A program made the translations under genes and the position numbers. From NCBI GenBank assembly GCA_048882045.1, contig JBHLRZ010000003.1:1-64000 (forward strand): a DNA stretch of 64,000 bases, in the 5' to 3' direction. This document shows positions 27,927-37,869 of the stretch, piece by piece (the first letter of the stretch is position 1; each line of letters opens with the position of its first letter). The notes beneath the pieces are model-generated. The model was not told the origin of the DNA. It saw only the letters and a program-made list of their open reading frames with translations, and ran no database searches. The stretch comes from Candidatus Thorarchaeota archaeon (GTDB taxonomy: Archaea > Asgardarchaeota > Thorarchaeia > Thorarchaeales > Thorarchaeaceae).

Positions 27927-28418
27927 ATGGAGAAACTGCTACTATTTGATATGGACACATGTACAGGTTGCAAGCAGTGCTCTTTGGCTTGTTCTCTGAT
28001 AAAGGAGGATTTGTTTGATCCTAATAGAGGGAGAATAAAGATCCTGAAGAAAGAGGACATCGCAATGGGAGTACAGTTAGTGTGTGAGCAGTGTGAGTCA
28101 CATCCCTGTGTAGAGTCGTGCCCGAATGGAGCATTATCAAGAGACGGAGCCACAGGGATTATCACAGTAGATGAAACCCTTTGTAAATCGAACGGAGCAT
28201 GCGTTGACGCTTGCATCTATCATGCAATTCGATTGCATCCTGAATCGAAGAAACCAATGTTCTGTGACTTTTGCGGAGGAGACCCATACTGTGTCAAGCA
28301 TTGTGTACCAGGAGCAATAGCATGGGTCGCGAACACTGATGATGCCTTCAAGACAAAGAAGAAGCTTCGTTCTACGAGAATGGCAATGTATCGTGATCTG
28401 AAAAAGGAGGTTGCATGA
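27927..28418 (+). CDS. 4Fe-4S dicluster electron-transfer subunit (AOR-associated)
   Basis: CTGCKQCSLAC, CEQCESHPCVESCP, CVDAC, CDFCGGDPYCVKHC. Confidence 0.92.
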   Translation: MEKLLLFDMDTCTGCKQCSLACSLIKEDLFDPNRGRIKILKKEDIAMGVQLVCEQCESHPCVESCPNGALSRDGATGIITVDETLCKSNGACVDACIYHAIRLHPESKKPMFCDFCGGDPYCVKHCVPGAIAWVANTDDAFKTKKKLRSTRMAMYRDLKKEVA

Positions 28419-30344
28419 ATGTACGGACATCAGGGTAAGATACTACATGTTGACTTGAGTAACGGAAAGATCTGGACAGAACCTATACCTGAAGAATGGA
28501 GGAAAATGTATGTTGGCTCCAGGGGAATAAATGCCAAACTCCTTTGGGATTACTGCAAAGATCCAGAAATTACGTGGGATGATCCCAGGAATATAATCAT
28601 CTATGCACCAGGAGCAGTGACAGGTACAACGGCACCATGTTCTGGAAGGACCTCAGTCACAACTGTTGGATGCACGACCGGGTTCTACCTGAAGAGCAAC
28701 ACAGGAGGACACTGGGGTGCAGAACTGAAATTTGCTGGCTATGACCACCTCGTGGTTCACGGTGAATCGAAAGAACCAGTCTACCTCAACATTGAAGATG
28801 ACAAGGTGGAGATACTTAGTGCGAAAGACCTGTGGGGCAAGGACATTGTTGAAACTGACAGACTTCTAAAAGAGAAACACGGAGAAGACTCCAGAGGACT
28901 ATACATAGGACCTGCTGGTGAAAATCTAGTAAGGGCTTCTTCCATCCAATGTTCGTTATACCACGCCGCAGGGAGAGGTGGAGGTGCAGCAGTGATGGGA
29001 AAGAAGAAACTGAAAGCGATCAGTGTCAAGGGTACAAAACCAGTCCGTGTAAAAGACCCGAAGAAGTTCGCTAAAGTAGTAGAAGAGATGAGAGAGAATT
29101 TGCGAAAGGACAGTGGTGCGCAAGGCCTCCATGAATTTGGGACATCGGGTTCGATCGCGGCAGTCAATGAGATGCATGCATTCCCAGGAAAGAACTGGCA
29201 GACTGGTTACACAGAAAATGTGTATCCAATCACTGGACAAGCGTTGAATGAACTAGGCTACTTGAAGAGAAGAGTCGCCTGTTTCGGATGTACTATTGGA
29301 TGTCATCGTTATTCTGAGATTCCAGAGGGTCCGAATAAGGGGATAGCCAGTGGAGGCCCCGAGTACGAAACCTTTGGAGCATTGGGTAATGGCCCAGGTA
29401 TCATTGATACAGAAGGTGTCTTAGTCTTAAATGAAATCTGTAATCGTCTTGGACTTGATACTATAACTGCTGGAACTGTGACTCAATGGGCGATCGAGAG
29501 TTACCTAAGGGGTGCCCTCACAAAGGAGGACACAGATGGCCTAGAGTTAGACTGGGGCAAGCTGGATGAAGTAAAGAAGACTGTAGAGAAAATCGCTTTC
29601 CGTGAAGGAAAATTAGGAAACCTCTTGGGAGATGGTCTAAAGATTGCTACAGGTAAGGTTGGGAAGGATTCATACCAGTGGGCTATAATGAACAAGAAGG
29701 GACTCGAGCAGTCCAATGTTGAAACCAGGTCCGCGAAGGCTTACGCTCTAGCATTTGCAGTCAATCCAAGAGGAAATGACCATCTCATGACAGAGACCTT
29801 TGCAGAGTTCGGATCTAGCCCTGAGGCAGTTGACCTGATAGAGAAGCTCACTGGTGATAAGAAGTGGGCATCCTCACACTTCACGGAATTCAGAGCAGAG
29901 ATAGTCCGCTGGCACGAGGACTGCTATGAGATAACAGAGGCACTAGGATTCTGTGTGTTCACCTCAACAGCAGCCTTTGGAGTCAATCCAGACAACATGG
30001 CCAGACTATATGCAGCAGCTACTGGAATTGAGATGTCAGAGGAAGAAATGATGCTCACAGGTAGACGTGTGTGCACACTGGAGAAGGCATTCAATGTCAC
30101 ACGCGGAGCAACTCGTGAACAGGATGACCTTCCATGGCGACTAATGAATGAGGGAGCAGCGTCTGGTCCTCTCAAGGGAGAAATGAACTCTCGAAAGGAG
30201 TTGGACAATGCTCTGGATCAATACTACACTCTGCATGAGTGGGACTTGAAGACCAGCTGGCCATATAGAATCACACTGGAGAAGTTGGGTCTCAAAGATG
30301 TGGCGGATCATCTCGATAAACATGGTCTGCTACCAAAGGAGTAG
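28419..30344 (+). CDS. aor: tungsten-containing aldehyde:ferredoxin oxidoreductase family
   Basis: GKILHVDLS, SNTGGHWGAELKFAGYD, IGPAGENLV, AGRGGGAAVMGKKKLKAI, CFGCTIGC, PEYET, GLDTI, GFCVF. Confidence 0.95.
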   Translation: MYGHQGKILHVDLSNGKIWTEPIPEEWRKMYVGSRGINAKLLWDYCKDPEITWDDPRNIIIYAPGAVTGTTAPCSGRTSVTTVGCTTGFYLKSNTGGHWGAELKFAGYDHLVVHGESKEPVYLNIEDDKVEILSAKDLWGKDIVETDRLLKEKHGEDSRGLYIGPAGENLVRASSIQCSLYHAAGRGGGAAVMGKKKLKAISVKGTKPVRVKDPKKFAKVVEEMRENLRKDSGAQGLHEFGTSGSIAAVNEMHAFPGKNWQTGYTENVYPITGQALNELGYLKRRVACFGCTIGCHRYSEIPEGPNKGIASGGPEYETFGALGNGPGIIDTEGVLVLNEICNRLGLDTITAGTVTQWAIESYLRGALTKEDTDGLELDWGKLDEVKKTVEKIAFREGKLGNLLGDGLKIATGKVGKDSYQWAIMNKKGLEQSNVETRSAKAYALAFAVNPRGNDHLMTETFAEFGSSPEAVDLIEKLTGDKKWASSHFTEFRAEIVRWHEDCYEITEALGFCVFTSTAAFGVNPDNMARLYAAATGIEMSEEEMMLTGRRVCTLEKAFNVTRGATREQDDLPWRLMNEGAASGPLKGEMNSRKELDNALDQYYTLHEWDLKTSWPYRITLEKLGLKDVADHLDKHGLLPKE

Positions 30345-30373
30345 AGGGCACATCCCCCTCTACTTTTCTTTTT
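30340..30373 (+). terminator. hairpin plus U tract after aor
   Basis: AGTAGAGGG/CCCTCTACT 9-bp stem followed by TTTCTTTTT. Confidence 0.55.
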
Positions 30374-30389
30374 GTCAAGGTGATTAACG

Positions 30390-31403
30390 ATGAAAGGTTT
30401 CAAAGAACTAGGAGTTGCGATGACTGGAGTCTTCCCAGTGAATGAGGCAGTGGAACTGGCAAGAGTTGCTGAAGCTTCAAAGCTAGGATCAGTATGGTTT
30501 GCTGAGGATTACTTCTTCAGAGGGGGGATACCCTACATGGCTGCAGCGGCGATGGCTACGCAAAACATTAGGTTGGGACTAGGTGTAGTGAACCCATATT
30601 CAAGACATCCAGCACTAATTGCTATGGAGTTTGCAACACTCGATGAAATGTCCAACATGAGGACAGTTTTCGGACTTGGTTCGGGGGTTCCATTCTGGAT
30701 GGACCAGATGGGTATCTACGACAAAAAGCCACTATCCAGAACACGTGAATGTGTCGAACTTGTGAGAAAGATCATGAGTGGAGAGAACATCAATCACGAG
30801 GATGATTTCTTCACAGCAAAGGACATCCAGCTTGTCTTCAAACCGGTCAGAAAGCGTGCACCGATATACCTTGCATTCGAAGGACCCAAGGGTCTTGCCC
30901 TTGCTGGAGAGATAGGAGAGGGAGTCATACTCTCCATCTTCTGCACTCCAGCCTATGTCAAGTTTGCATGGGACAGGATTGCTGAGGGAGCTAAAAAAGC
31001 AGGGAAATCGTTAGACGATTACGAGATGGTTGCTTACATGCCGATGGTCATTGATGACGATCTCGATAAAGCTATCAATACAGCCAGAGAGTTCTCAAAG
31101 CTATATCTACCACATTCACAGCCAGGGGGTCCCCTGATGTCCCACGCAGGTGTAAAACCAGAAGACACTCATGCTATGTTCAAAGCAGCTGAGAAAGGGG
31201 ATGATAAGTTACTTACACAGCTCATTACGGATGAGATGGTCCAAGAGCTGTGTCTGGTCGGAGACAAAGAAGCTTGTATCAAGAGACTCCAGCAGATGAT
31301 TGATGCAGGTGCAAATACAATAGTTGCATTTCCAGTTCCGGGAACAGAACCAATTGAGAATGCAAAGGTTCTCGGGACGGAGTTCTCTCCACAACTGAAG
31401 TAG
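30390..31403 (+). CDS. LLM-class flavin/F420-dependent oxidoreductase (Mer-like paralogue)
   Basis: VWFAED, RLGLGVVNPYSRHPALIA, FATLDEMS, PIYLA, LAGEIGEG. Confidence 0.85.
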   Translation: MKGFKELGVAMTGVFPVNEAVELARVAEASKLGSVWFAEDYFFRGGIPYMAAAAMATQNIRLGLGVVNPYSRHPALIAMEFATLDEMSNMRTVFGLGSGVPFWMDQMGIYDKKPLSRTRECVELVRKIMSGENINHEDDFFTAKDIQLVFKPVRKRAPIYLAFEGPKGLALAGEIGEGVILSIFCTPAYVKFAWDRIAEGAKKAGKSLDDYEMVAYMPMVIDDDLDKAINTAREFSKLYLPHSQPGGPLMSHAGVKPEDTHAMFKAAEKGDDKLLTQLITDEMVQELCLVGDKEACIKRLQQMIDAGANTIVAFPVPGTEPIENAKVLGTEFSPQLK

Positions 31404-31417
31404 AAGGGTACACGCAA

Positions 31418-32704
31418 ATGTCTGAAACCATTGAACCATTTGTCTTAGATGTAGATGGGACACCAGACCTTACACCTAGTATAAAGAAAAGAAACAGAAT
31501 GACAGGATATGTAACAATATTCCTGACTGTCTTTACGCTTGGCACAACTGAGATCTTTGCGTCATGGTATTCCACTCAGATGGGGGGAACCCCACTAGAA
31601 GCAGGATTGGCATTTGGAATCTTTGGTCTTGTGTATATGTTCTCACCCGCGATTGGAGGTCGTCTGTCTGATAGAACAGGACGTAAGAAGACACTAATTC
31701 TATCTACAGGAGGATACATCATCGTCATCATCCTTTACCTATTACCCTTTATCAGTCCGTGGCAGCTCATAACGATACGTGCGATAGAGGGATTTGTGTT
31801 CGGTTTTGTTGCACCAACCATTGAGGGAATGGTGAGTGAGTTAGAAACCAGATCAGAGGTCGCCACATTGGGTAACTTCTCGACTTCGTGGAGTGCGTCA
31901 ATGATTCTTCCACCAATGGTCATCGCATACCTTTCAGGAATCTATGGAGACCAATCAGGAATTTTCGTGATTCTTGGAGTAGAAGTCCTAGCACTGATAA
32001 TCATTGCAACATTTCTACAAGGATACAAGCGTAGGGACGGCAAAATTGAAACTGGTCCGAAGCACGACCTGCCCACCTTTGAAAACATCGGGCTGACGGG
32101 GGACACTAATGGAAGTGTAAGTAAAACCTCCCCCATATTCATAGCATCATATCTTTCAGTCATGCTTTGGGGAGTAGTTTCAACAATCGTTCTAGGTCTG
32201 TTTCCGTCCTATATTATCATTCTCAGTAATCTAGGATACCCCTTTGGCTCGGAGGACTTTGGTAATCTCCTATTGATCTGGAATCTAGTTAGAACAATGA
32301 CTTTCATCGTAATCGCCAGGATATCTGGAGAACACATTAAACAAGCAATAGTCCTGGGAAGCCTGCTTTCAGTCATCTCAGGGTTTATGCTCTTCCTATT
32401 CATTGACATCTGGATCTTTGCGATAGCCATGGTAATAGCTGGGATGGCAGTAGGTCTCAACTATCTGGGTGCATTGTATCTCGTTGTGTCAGCCACCAAC
32501 ATTGAGAAAGGAGCTCATGCTGGTCTCGTGGAGAGTATGGGTGGTGTAGGACTCTTCCTTGGTCCTATTGTAGGAGGATGGATCATGGAAATTGGCTTGA
32601 CTCTTCCATATCTGATGTGGGCAATGCTTGGAATCGTCGTGCTAATATTGATTGCATTCTTCATCATGAGAGATAGCAAAATAGAGCAAGTCACTATTCT
32701 TTGA
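31418..32704 (+). CDS. MFS transporter
   Basis: GRLSDRTGRK motif A, RAIEG, 12 TM. Confidence 0.92.
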   Translation: MSETIEPFVLDVDGTPDLTPSIKKRNRMTGYVTIFLTVFTLGTTEIFASWYSTQMGGTPLEAGLAFGIFGLVYMFSPAIGGRLSDRTGRKKTLILSTGGYIIVIILYLLPFISPWQLITIRAIEGFVFGFVAPTIEGMVSELETRSEVATLGNFSTSWSASMILPPMVIAYLSGIYGDQSGIFVILGVEVLALIIIATFLQGYKRRDGKIETGPKHDLPTFENIGLTGDTNGSVSKTSPIFIASYLSVMLWGVVSTIVLGLFPSYIIILSNLGYPFGSEDFGNLLLIWNLVRTMTFIVIARISGEHIKQAIVLGSLLSVISGFMLFLFIDIWIFAIAMVIAGMAVGLNYLGALYLVVSATNIEKGAHAGLVESMGGVGLFLGPIVGGWIMEIGLTLPYLMWAMLGIVVLILIAFFIMRDSKIEQVTIL

Positions 32705-33455
32705 ATACATCATCAAAGGAACCCTTAATGCAGGGAGCTTCATTGACGTCCTTCTTTGGTGGAGAGGGATACGCAACCTTACTGTGAGACAATCCTGCTT
32801 CAACCAGCATGAATGCATTCTTTACTGCAATCACCCATGGATCGATAATGGGTACTCCTAGCTCCTCCATGATTGGTTTTAGATCAACCTCATGTGATAA
32901 GGCTGTACATCCAAGAACAATTACATCAGCTCCACTTTCAATGAGATCTTTACTCTCTTTCAAAATAGCATTCTGTGCCGCTTCTGGGTTCTTTGAGATA
33001 TCGAGAACGGGTAATTGGAGATACCGTACACCAGTACAGAAGGACTCTAAACCTTCTTTTCGAACTCCATGCTCTATGCACTTTTTCAAGGATTCACCTT
33101 GGACTGTGATGACACCAAAACGTGTCCCAAGCGTGAGTGCAAAATGAAGGGCGGAATTTCGCGGACCAACAACTGGAATTGAAGAAATCTCACGCGCGGC
33201 TTCTAGGACCGGGTCACATGCACAGTCTATTACAATGACATCATACCCCTCTTTGTTGGCTCGGATAATCTGTTCAAGAATAAAGGGAGCGTTGTACGCC
33301 TCATCAGTCATAGATTCAACACTGTAAGTTCCGTGTCGAGGAGTAAAGTTACCTATCTCGCAACCTGGAGGAGTATGCTTGTCAACAAACGCCTTCTTTT
33401 TTGGATCAGTCCACCAGTCTATGCCAGTAGCTCCAATTAGGGCCAATCTAGTCAT
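32694..33455 (-). CDS. Asp/Glu/hydantoin racemase family
   Basis: IDCACDP and VIVLGCTAL catalytic Cys pair; AARE...PVVG; PIIDP. Confidence 0.9.
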   Translation of the reverse strand: MTRLALIGATGIDWWTDPKKKAFVDKHTPPGCEIGNFTPRHGTYSVESMTDEAYNAPFILEQIIRANKEGYDVIVIDCACDPVLEAAREISSIPVVGPRNSALHFALTLGTRFGVITVQGESLKKCIEHGVRKEGLESFCTGVRYLQLPVLDISKNPEAAQNAILKESKDLIESGADVIVLGCTALSHEVDLKPIMEELGVPIIDPWVIAVKNAFMLVEAGLSHSKVAYPSPPKKDVNEAPCIKGSFDDVFKE

Positions 33456-33496
33456 GTTATACCTACTCCTATCGCTGGAATAACCGACTCCTAAAG

Positions 33497-34624
33497 CTAG
33501 TGAAGTCTTCCTATTATCTCTTCCATAGGCTTGTATTCGAGTTCTGGATGTCCATACCTTTCAGGAGAGAATGCTTTCTTTCCAATTTCAGTACTTCCAG
33601 CAAAACGTAATCTTTCATGAGCCTGGACAGCTGTGACCACCACCTTTAGCCCTTCCTTTAGGTCTGCACTCATGATACCATGTCCAGTGTCAGGATTATG
33701 CATACAGATCAAGTCCGGAAACATTACTACAGGTTTTCCATCACTCATAGCCATCATATACTCGTTCTTGACGACTACTTCGAATCGACCCTTGAGGTTC
33801 TCAGTCTTAATTCGAACCAGAACATGCCAATGACCCATTCGATCTTCACCCGTAACCTCTTCAACAACTCCTTTGGCAAGAATCTGACCACCCATGATAT
33901 CCAAGAAAGCATCGATTGGATCTTTCTTGTTCTCGTTCGCATCACGAACCGCAGATCCCAGTGCAATGGATTTTGAGATGCTGTTTGGTATTACTGCTTT
34001 CTTGAGTTGTGCACCTGTCTGATAGTAGTGATTGTTGGCTCCAGCTCCTCCGTCTTGAACGACAGCAAATCTACCAATCTCATCTGCAAGTGCAGGAGAT
34101 GTGGTCCTATCAACAATGATTACACTCCCATTCTTGGAGACTACAGGCATTGGACATAGTTCGATTCCATATCCAACAAAGGAGATCATCTGAGATTCCG
34201 GAGCAGATCTTCCTAGTCCATCACCATCAACACATGTGATACCAGTTCGAGCAGCCAAAGAGAGCATGACCGTTGTGTTAGTTCCACCAAGCTCGAACGG
34301 AACTAGGTGGTCTACTTTCTTTCCAGTTATTCTCTGGGATATCTTCATAGCTTCATGGAGTTCATATCGAGTTTCCCAAGACTCCAGCATATCTCCTATC
34401 GAAGTGAACGCCTTTACAGAACCCATGTAACCTCCACAAACAACGAATGCGTTATCCTTGATTTCGTCTGGAGGTGTGATCTCATAAACACGGTCCCTTT
34501 GATAATCCCAGTCAACCATGGGTTTACCAAAGGAAACAGGATCTCCTCCTCCACCAGTACCTAGAATCCCCACACCAGTAAGCATGTCATAGGCATTCTC
34601 TCTTGACAGCTTCATTCTATGCAA
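33497..34624 (-). CDS. DUF917 family protein (thiohydantoin desulfurase-like), paralogue 1
   Basis: GILGTGGGGD, PFELGGTN, VDGDGLGRSAPE, KNEY, FPDLI. Confidence 0.88.
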   Translation of the reverse strand: MHRMKLSRENAYDMLTGVGILGTGGGGDPVSFGKPMVDWDYQRDRVYEITPPDEIKDNAFVVCGGYMGSVKAFTSIGDMLESWETRYELHEAMKISQRITGKKVDHLVPFELGGTNTTVMLSLAARTGITCVDGDGLGRSAPESQMISFVGYGIELCPMPVVSKNGSVIIVDRTTSPALADEIGRFAVVQDGGAGANNHYYQTGAQLKKAVIPNSISKSIALGSAVRDANENKKDPIDAFLDIMGGQILAKGVVEEVTGEDRMGHWHVLVRIKTENLKGRFEVVVKNEYMMAMSDGKPVVMFPDLICMHNPDTGHGIMSADLKEGLKVVVTAVQAHERLRFAGSTEIGKKAFSPERYGHPELEYKPMEEIIGRLH

Positions 34625-34644
34625 CCTCTACCAGTCTTCAGACT

Positions 34645-35445
34645 CTAATCTGCGTTTCTTGTTCCTTCCATTGAATGTACAAATTTGTACCAGCGCTGCT
34701 TGGTTCCAACCTTGGCTCTTCGGTTCCATCCACGGGATTTCGGTTCATCCTCTATCATTTGATGGAGTTTCTTAGCTTGATTGATTACCCGCTCCTTCTG
34801 GTCGTTGGTAATCTCATCAACCGTAGGAACAAAGTCGATGAATTTCTTGATGTTCTCCGTGACTGTATAGTAAAATCCCCAATCATCAGAGAGCATCTTT
34901 GCAATGTATGCACCATTGATCTTTGTGTCGTCTTCAACATCAGATACATCATGAGCGAGGAATGTAATGATCAAATCCTTCAGGTCTTTTGCATTGATTT
35001 CAACAATCTGTGTCTTTTCGAGGAATAATTCAGCAAGAGGAATTGTAGGTGCATCCACGTCCAAGCGTTTCTTCTCCTTGAAGTCAATCTTGTGACAGAA
35101 TTCTAAATGATCATAAAAGACATCGATCTTTCTACCAGTGTCTTTGTCTATGAATAGGTCTCTCAATGTGCTTGCTCTTGCAAAGCTTGGAGGCACCCAG
35201 TGATATCCGAGGTCATCCCTGAATAGGTTGATGATCTTTTGCTGGTATTTGTAGTAAGACACGTAGTCAATGTCAGTCACTTCTCGGCCCATTTTAATAT
35301 GAAGGTCAGTGTACTCGGGGCTTTTCAGTCTAAAGGCCAAGCAACCGATAATTCTCAAGGGAATTCCCAAGTCGGATGCAGCCTTCTCAATCCTGAGAGC
35401 CTCCTTCATGAAATCTTCCAAGATCGGACCATATTTTCCTGTCAC
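34645..35445 (-). CDS. uncharacterised nucleotidyltransferase-fold protein
   Basis: LRIIGCLAF...REVTDIDYV...KIDVF (pol-beta-like G/DxD/D); KTQIVEINAKDLKD; DWGFY. Confidence 0.65.
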   Translation of the reverse strand: MTGKYGPILEDFMKEALRIEKAASDLGIPLRIIGCLAFRLKSPEYTDLHIKMGREVTDIDYVSYYKYQQKIINLFRDDLGYHWVPPSFARASTLRDLFIDKDTGRKIDVFYDHLEFCHKIDFKEKKRLDVDAPTIPLAELFLEKTQIVEINAKDLKDLIITFLAHDVSDVEDDTKINGAYIAKMLSDDWGFYYTVTENIKKFIDFVPTVDEITNDQKERVINQAKKLHQMIEDEPKSRGWNRRAKVGTKQRWYKFVHSMEGTRNAD

Positions 35446-35637
35446 TCACGTTACACCTCTAGGTTGGACGTCTGAATACTCGATGTGCCATTAATATGTT
35501 GTGTCGAACAGACGTTTTTCTGGTATTTTTCTAATCTATATTAAAGTGCTCGGATAAGGTTGTATCGTTAAACTTTAAACTAGGCAGAACTGTCGAATTG
35601 ACAGATGGTGTAGTCACACCGAACCTGAGGTAATCAA

Positions 35638-36579
35638 ATGAGAATATTTCTTGCTGCTGATCCACACGGAAGTCAACAGACTTGGGAGAAGATGTGTAGA
35701 GCTCCTAAAGTCTTCAAGGCGGACGTAGCTATGATGTGTGGGGATCTTACAGGTAAGGCAATTATGCCAATCATCCAAGAGAAGGAAGACAGATGGTATG
35801 CACAACCACATGGAAGTAAGAAGACTTTCAAGAAACAGAAGGATCTTGACAAGTTCGTTAAATTCACTGAGGATGAAGGATACTATCCAAAGATTCTAAC
35901 ACCTGACGAATTAGATGAGCTCAGAAACACTCCAGGATCCATCACGAAGCTGTTCCAAGAGCTCATGGTTGAGAGAATTAAACTCTGGATGGACATGGCA
36001 AACGAGAGAATTCCAGAGGACATAATGGTTGTCGTAAATCCTGGAAATGATGATGACTACAGTATCGATGAGGTCATCAAGAACGACCCTCGTGTCATCT
36101 ATCCCCTTGAAAAGGTTGTAGATGTCAAAGGTTATCCAATGATAAGCTTGGAATGGGTAAACTCTACTCCTTGGGACACACACAGAGAATGCCCTGATGA
36201 AGAATTGTTAGACAAGTTAGAAGCAGAGTTTGCTCGAATCGATACAGACGACTACTCCAACGTACTCTGCAATTTCCATGATCCTCCACACAACTCTGGT
36301 CTGGACACAGCTCCAATGCTTGATGAAGAGCACAAAGTTGTGAAGGCTGGAGCACATGAGATTTTGGGTCCAGTTGGTAGTAAGTCCGTCAGAGCTGTGA
36401 TTGAAAAGTACCAACCTCTACTTGGAATGCACGGTCACATTCACGAATCAGTCGGGTATCGACAGATTGGTCGTACTCTCTGTGTCAATCCAGGTTCAGA
36501 ATACAGAGAAGGCATTTTGAAAGGCTTTCTAATAACAATTGAAGATGGCAAGGTTCAAGCCGGTAGGGTTGAACTCTAG
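35638..36579 (+). CDS. calcineurin-like metallophosphoesterase (Icc-related, COG2129-like)
   Basis: DPHGS, GDLTG, PGNDD, NFHDPP, HGHIHES, NPGSEY. Confidence 0.9.
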   Translation: MRIFLAADPHGSQQTWEKMCRAPKVFKADVAMMCGDLTGKAIMPIIQEKEDRWYAQPHGSKKTFKKQKDLDKFVKFTEDEGYYPKILTPDELDELRNTPGSITKLFQELMVERIKLWMDMANERIPEDIMVVVNPGNDDDYSIDEVIKNDPRVIYPLEKVVDVKGYPMISLEWVNSTPWDTHRECPDEELLDKLEAEFARIDTDDYSNVLCNFHDPPHNSGLDTAPMLDEEHKVVKAGAHEILGPVGSKSVRAVIEKYQPLLGMHGHIHESVGYRQIGRTLCVNPGSEYREGILKGFLITIEDGKVQAGRVEL

Positions 36580-36596
36580 TTTTCATCATATCGTGA

Positions 36597-36627
36597 GGAG
36601 TGCTGAAGCACTCCCCTACTGTTTTTC
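36597..36627 (+). terminator. hairpin plus U tract after metallophosphoesterase
   Basis: GGAGTGC-TGAA-GCACTCC followed by CCTACTGTTTTT. Confidence 0.5.
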
Positions 36628-36699
36628 TGCAACTCCATCGAAAATATATAGCAGCGAGCTTAAACTGAGTTTAATAAAATCAATCTGGAATGGGATTCA

Positions 36700-37815
36700 A
36701 TGACGCTTTTATTAAAGACCAGAACAGATGTTGAAGATCTTGCTACAGGTTGCACCTTCTTTGGGACAGGTGGGGGTGGTGACAAAAGGCTAGGTCTTGA
36801 CATGCTTTATCCGCATGTTGATGCGGGTAAAACAATAGAGATTGTTGATGTTAGTACTGTGAAAGATGATGATTGGGTAGCGTGTGCATACTACTCAGGT
36901 ACGATAGCTCCTCCAACACCAGAGATTGAAGCATTGAGAACTCGATTTCCTTGGGACTATTTCGAGAAAGAGCTAGCTCTAGGTCTCCAGACACTTGAGG
37001 ATCACATGGGAGTCAAGTTTGCGGTGGTAGCACCTTTTGAACTCGGAGGTGTTAATACCCCTGCACCGATTGATGCTGCTGTGAAACATGGAATACCATG
37101 CGTCGATGGGGACTATTCAGGAAGAGCCGTCCCAGAGATTTGCCAGAATACAGTGTGTGTTTTGGGATTCTCAATGGCCCCAATGGCTCTGATAGATTGG
37201 TATGGGAACAAGAGTATTGTCGAACATGTCATCAATTATGAGATGGGAGAACGTCTTTCGAAGGCTCTGAGTGAAGTTGCATGGGGACGTCTTGGTAATG
37301 TTGCATTTCCAGTTCAAGGGAAAGATTTCCACAAGGCAATCATTCCAGACACTTTGACCAAGAGTTACAACGTAGGAAGAATCATTCGAGAGAGTAGAGA
37401 ATCTGGGGATGATCCCGCTGAGAAAATAGTGGAGGAAGTCGGTGGGTGGATTCTGTTCCGTGGAGAAGTCATCGACAAATGGTGGGAGAACAGAGAAGGA
37501 TACATGTGGGGTGAGACCACTATCAAGGGGACTGGAATCAAACCCGGAGAGAAATTCAAGGTCTGGTTCAAGAACGAAAACCATGTCACTTGGTTGGACG
37601 GCAAGCCTTGGATAATGAGTCCTGACATAATTGAAATCATAGATGAAAAAACAGGGGAACCAATCACTAATACTGACATCAAGAAAGGAGACAAAGTCAG
37701 TGTTATCGGAATGGAAGGCGGTTCAATCTTCAGAGAACCAGAAGGACTGAAGGTCTTAGGACCTCATCACTTTGGATTTGATATTGACTACAAACCTATT
37801 GAGAAGATGGTATAA
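36700..37815 (+). CDS. DUF917 family protein, paralogue 2
   Basis: FFGTGGGGD, PFELGGVN, VDGDYSGRAVPE, KNENH, SPDII, LGPHHFG. Confidence 0.9.
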   Translation: MTLLLKTRTDVEDLATGCTFFGTGGGGDKRLGLDMLYPHVDAGKTIEIVDVSTVKDDDWVACAYYSGTIAPPTPEIEALRTRFPWDYFEKELALGLQTLEDHMGVKFAVVAPFELGGVNTPAPIDAAVKHGIPCVDGDYSGRAVPEICQNTVCVLGFSMAPMALIDWYGNKSIVEHVINYEMGERLSKALSEVAWGRLGNVAFPVQGKDFHKAIIPDTLTKSYNVGRIIRESRESGDDPAEKIVEEVGGWILFRGEVIDKWWENREGYMWGETTIKGTGIKPGEKFKVWFKNENHVTWLDGKPWIMSPDIIEIIDEKTGEPITNTDIKKGDKVSVIGMEGGSIFREPEGLKVLGPHHFGFDIDYKPIEKMV

Positions 37816-37820
37816 ACGTG

Positions 37821-37869
37821 GGAGGGCTGACTGAAATGAAGCAGTTGGCCTTCTAACCTCTTTATTATT
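37821..37869 (+). terminator. 13-bp G.U-containing hairpin plus U-rich tract after DUF917 gene
   Basis: GGAGGGCTGACTG/CAGTTGGCCTTCT pairs fully only on the + strand (4 G.U). Confidence 0.55.

Noticed and set aside
30390-31403. Canonical methylene-H4MPT reductase (mer)
   Set aside because: The DHYNNR-type motif is replaced by EDYFFR and no C1-pathway genes are adjacent; kept as a Mer-like paralogue.
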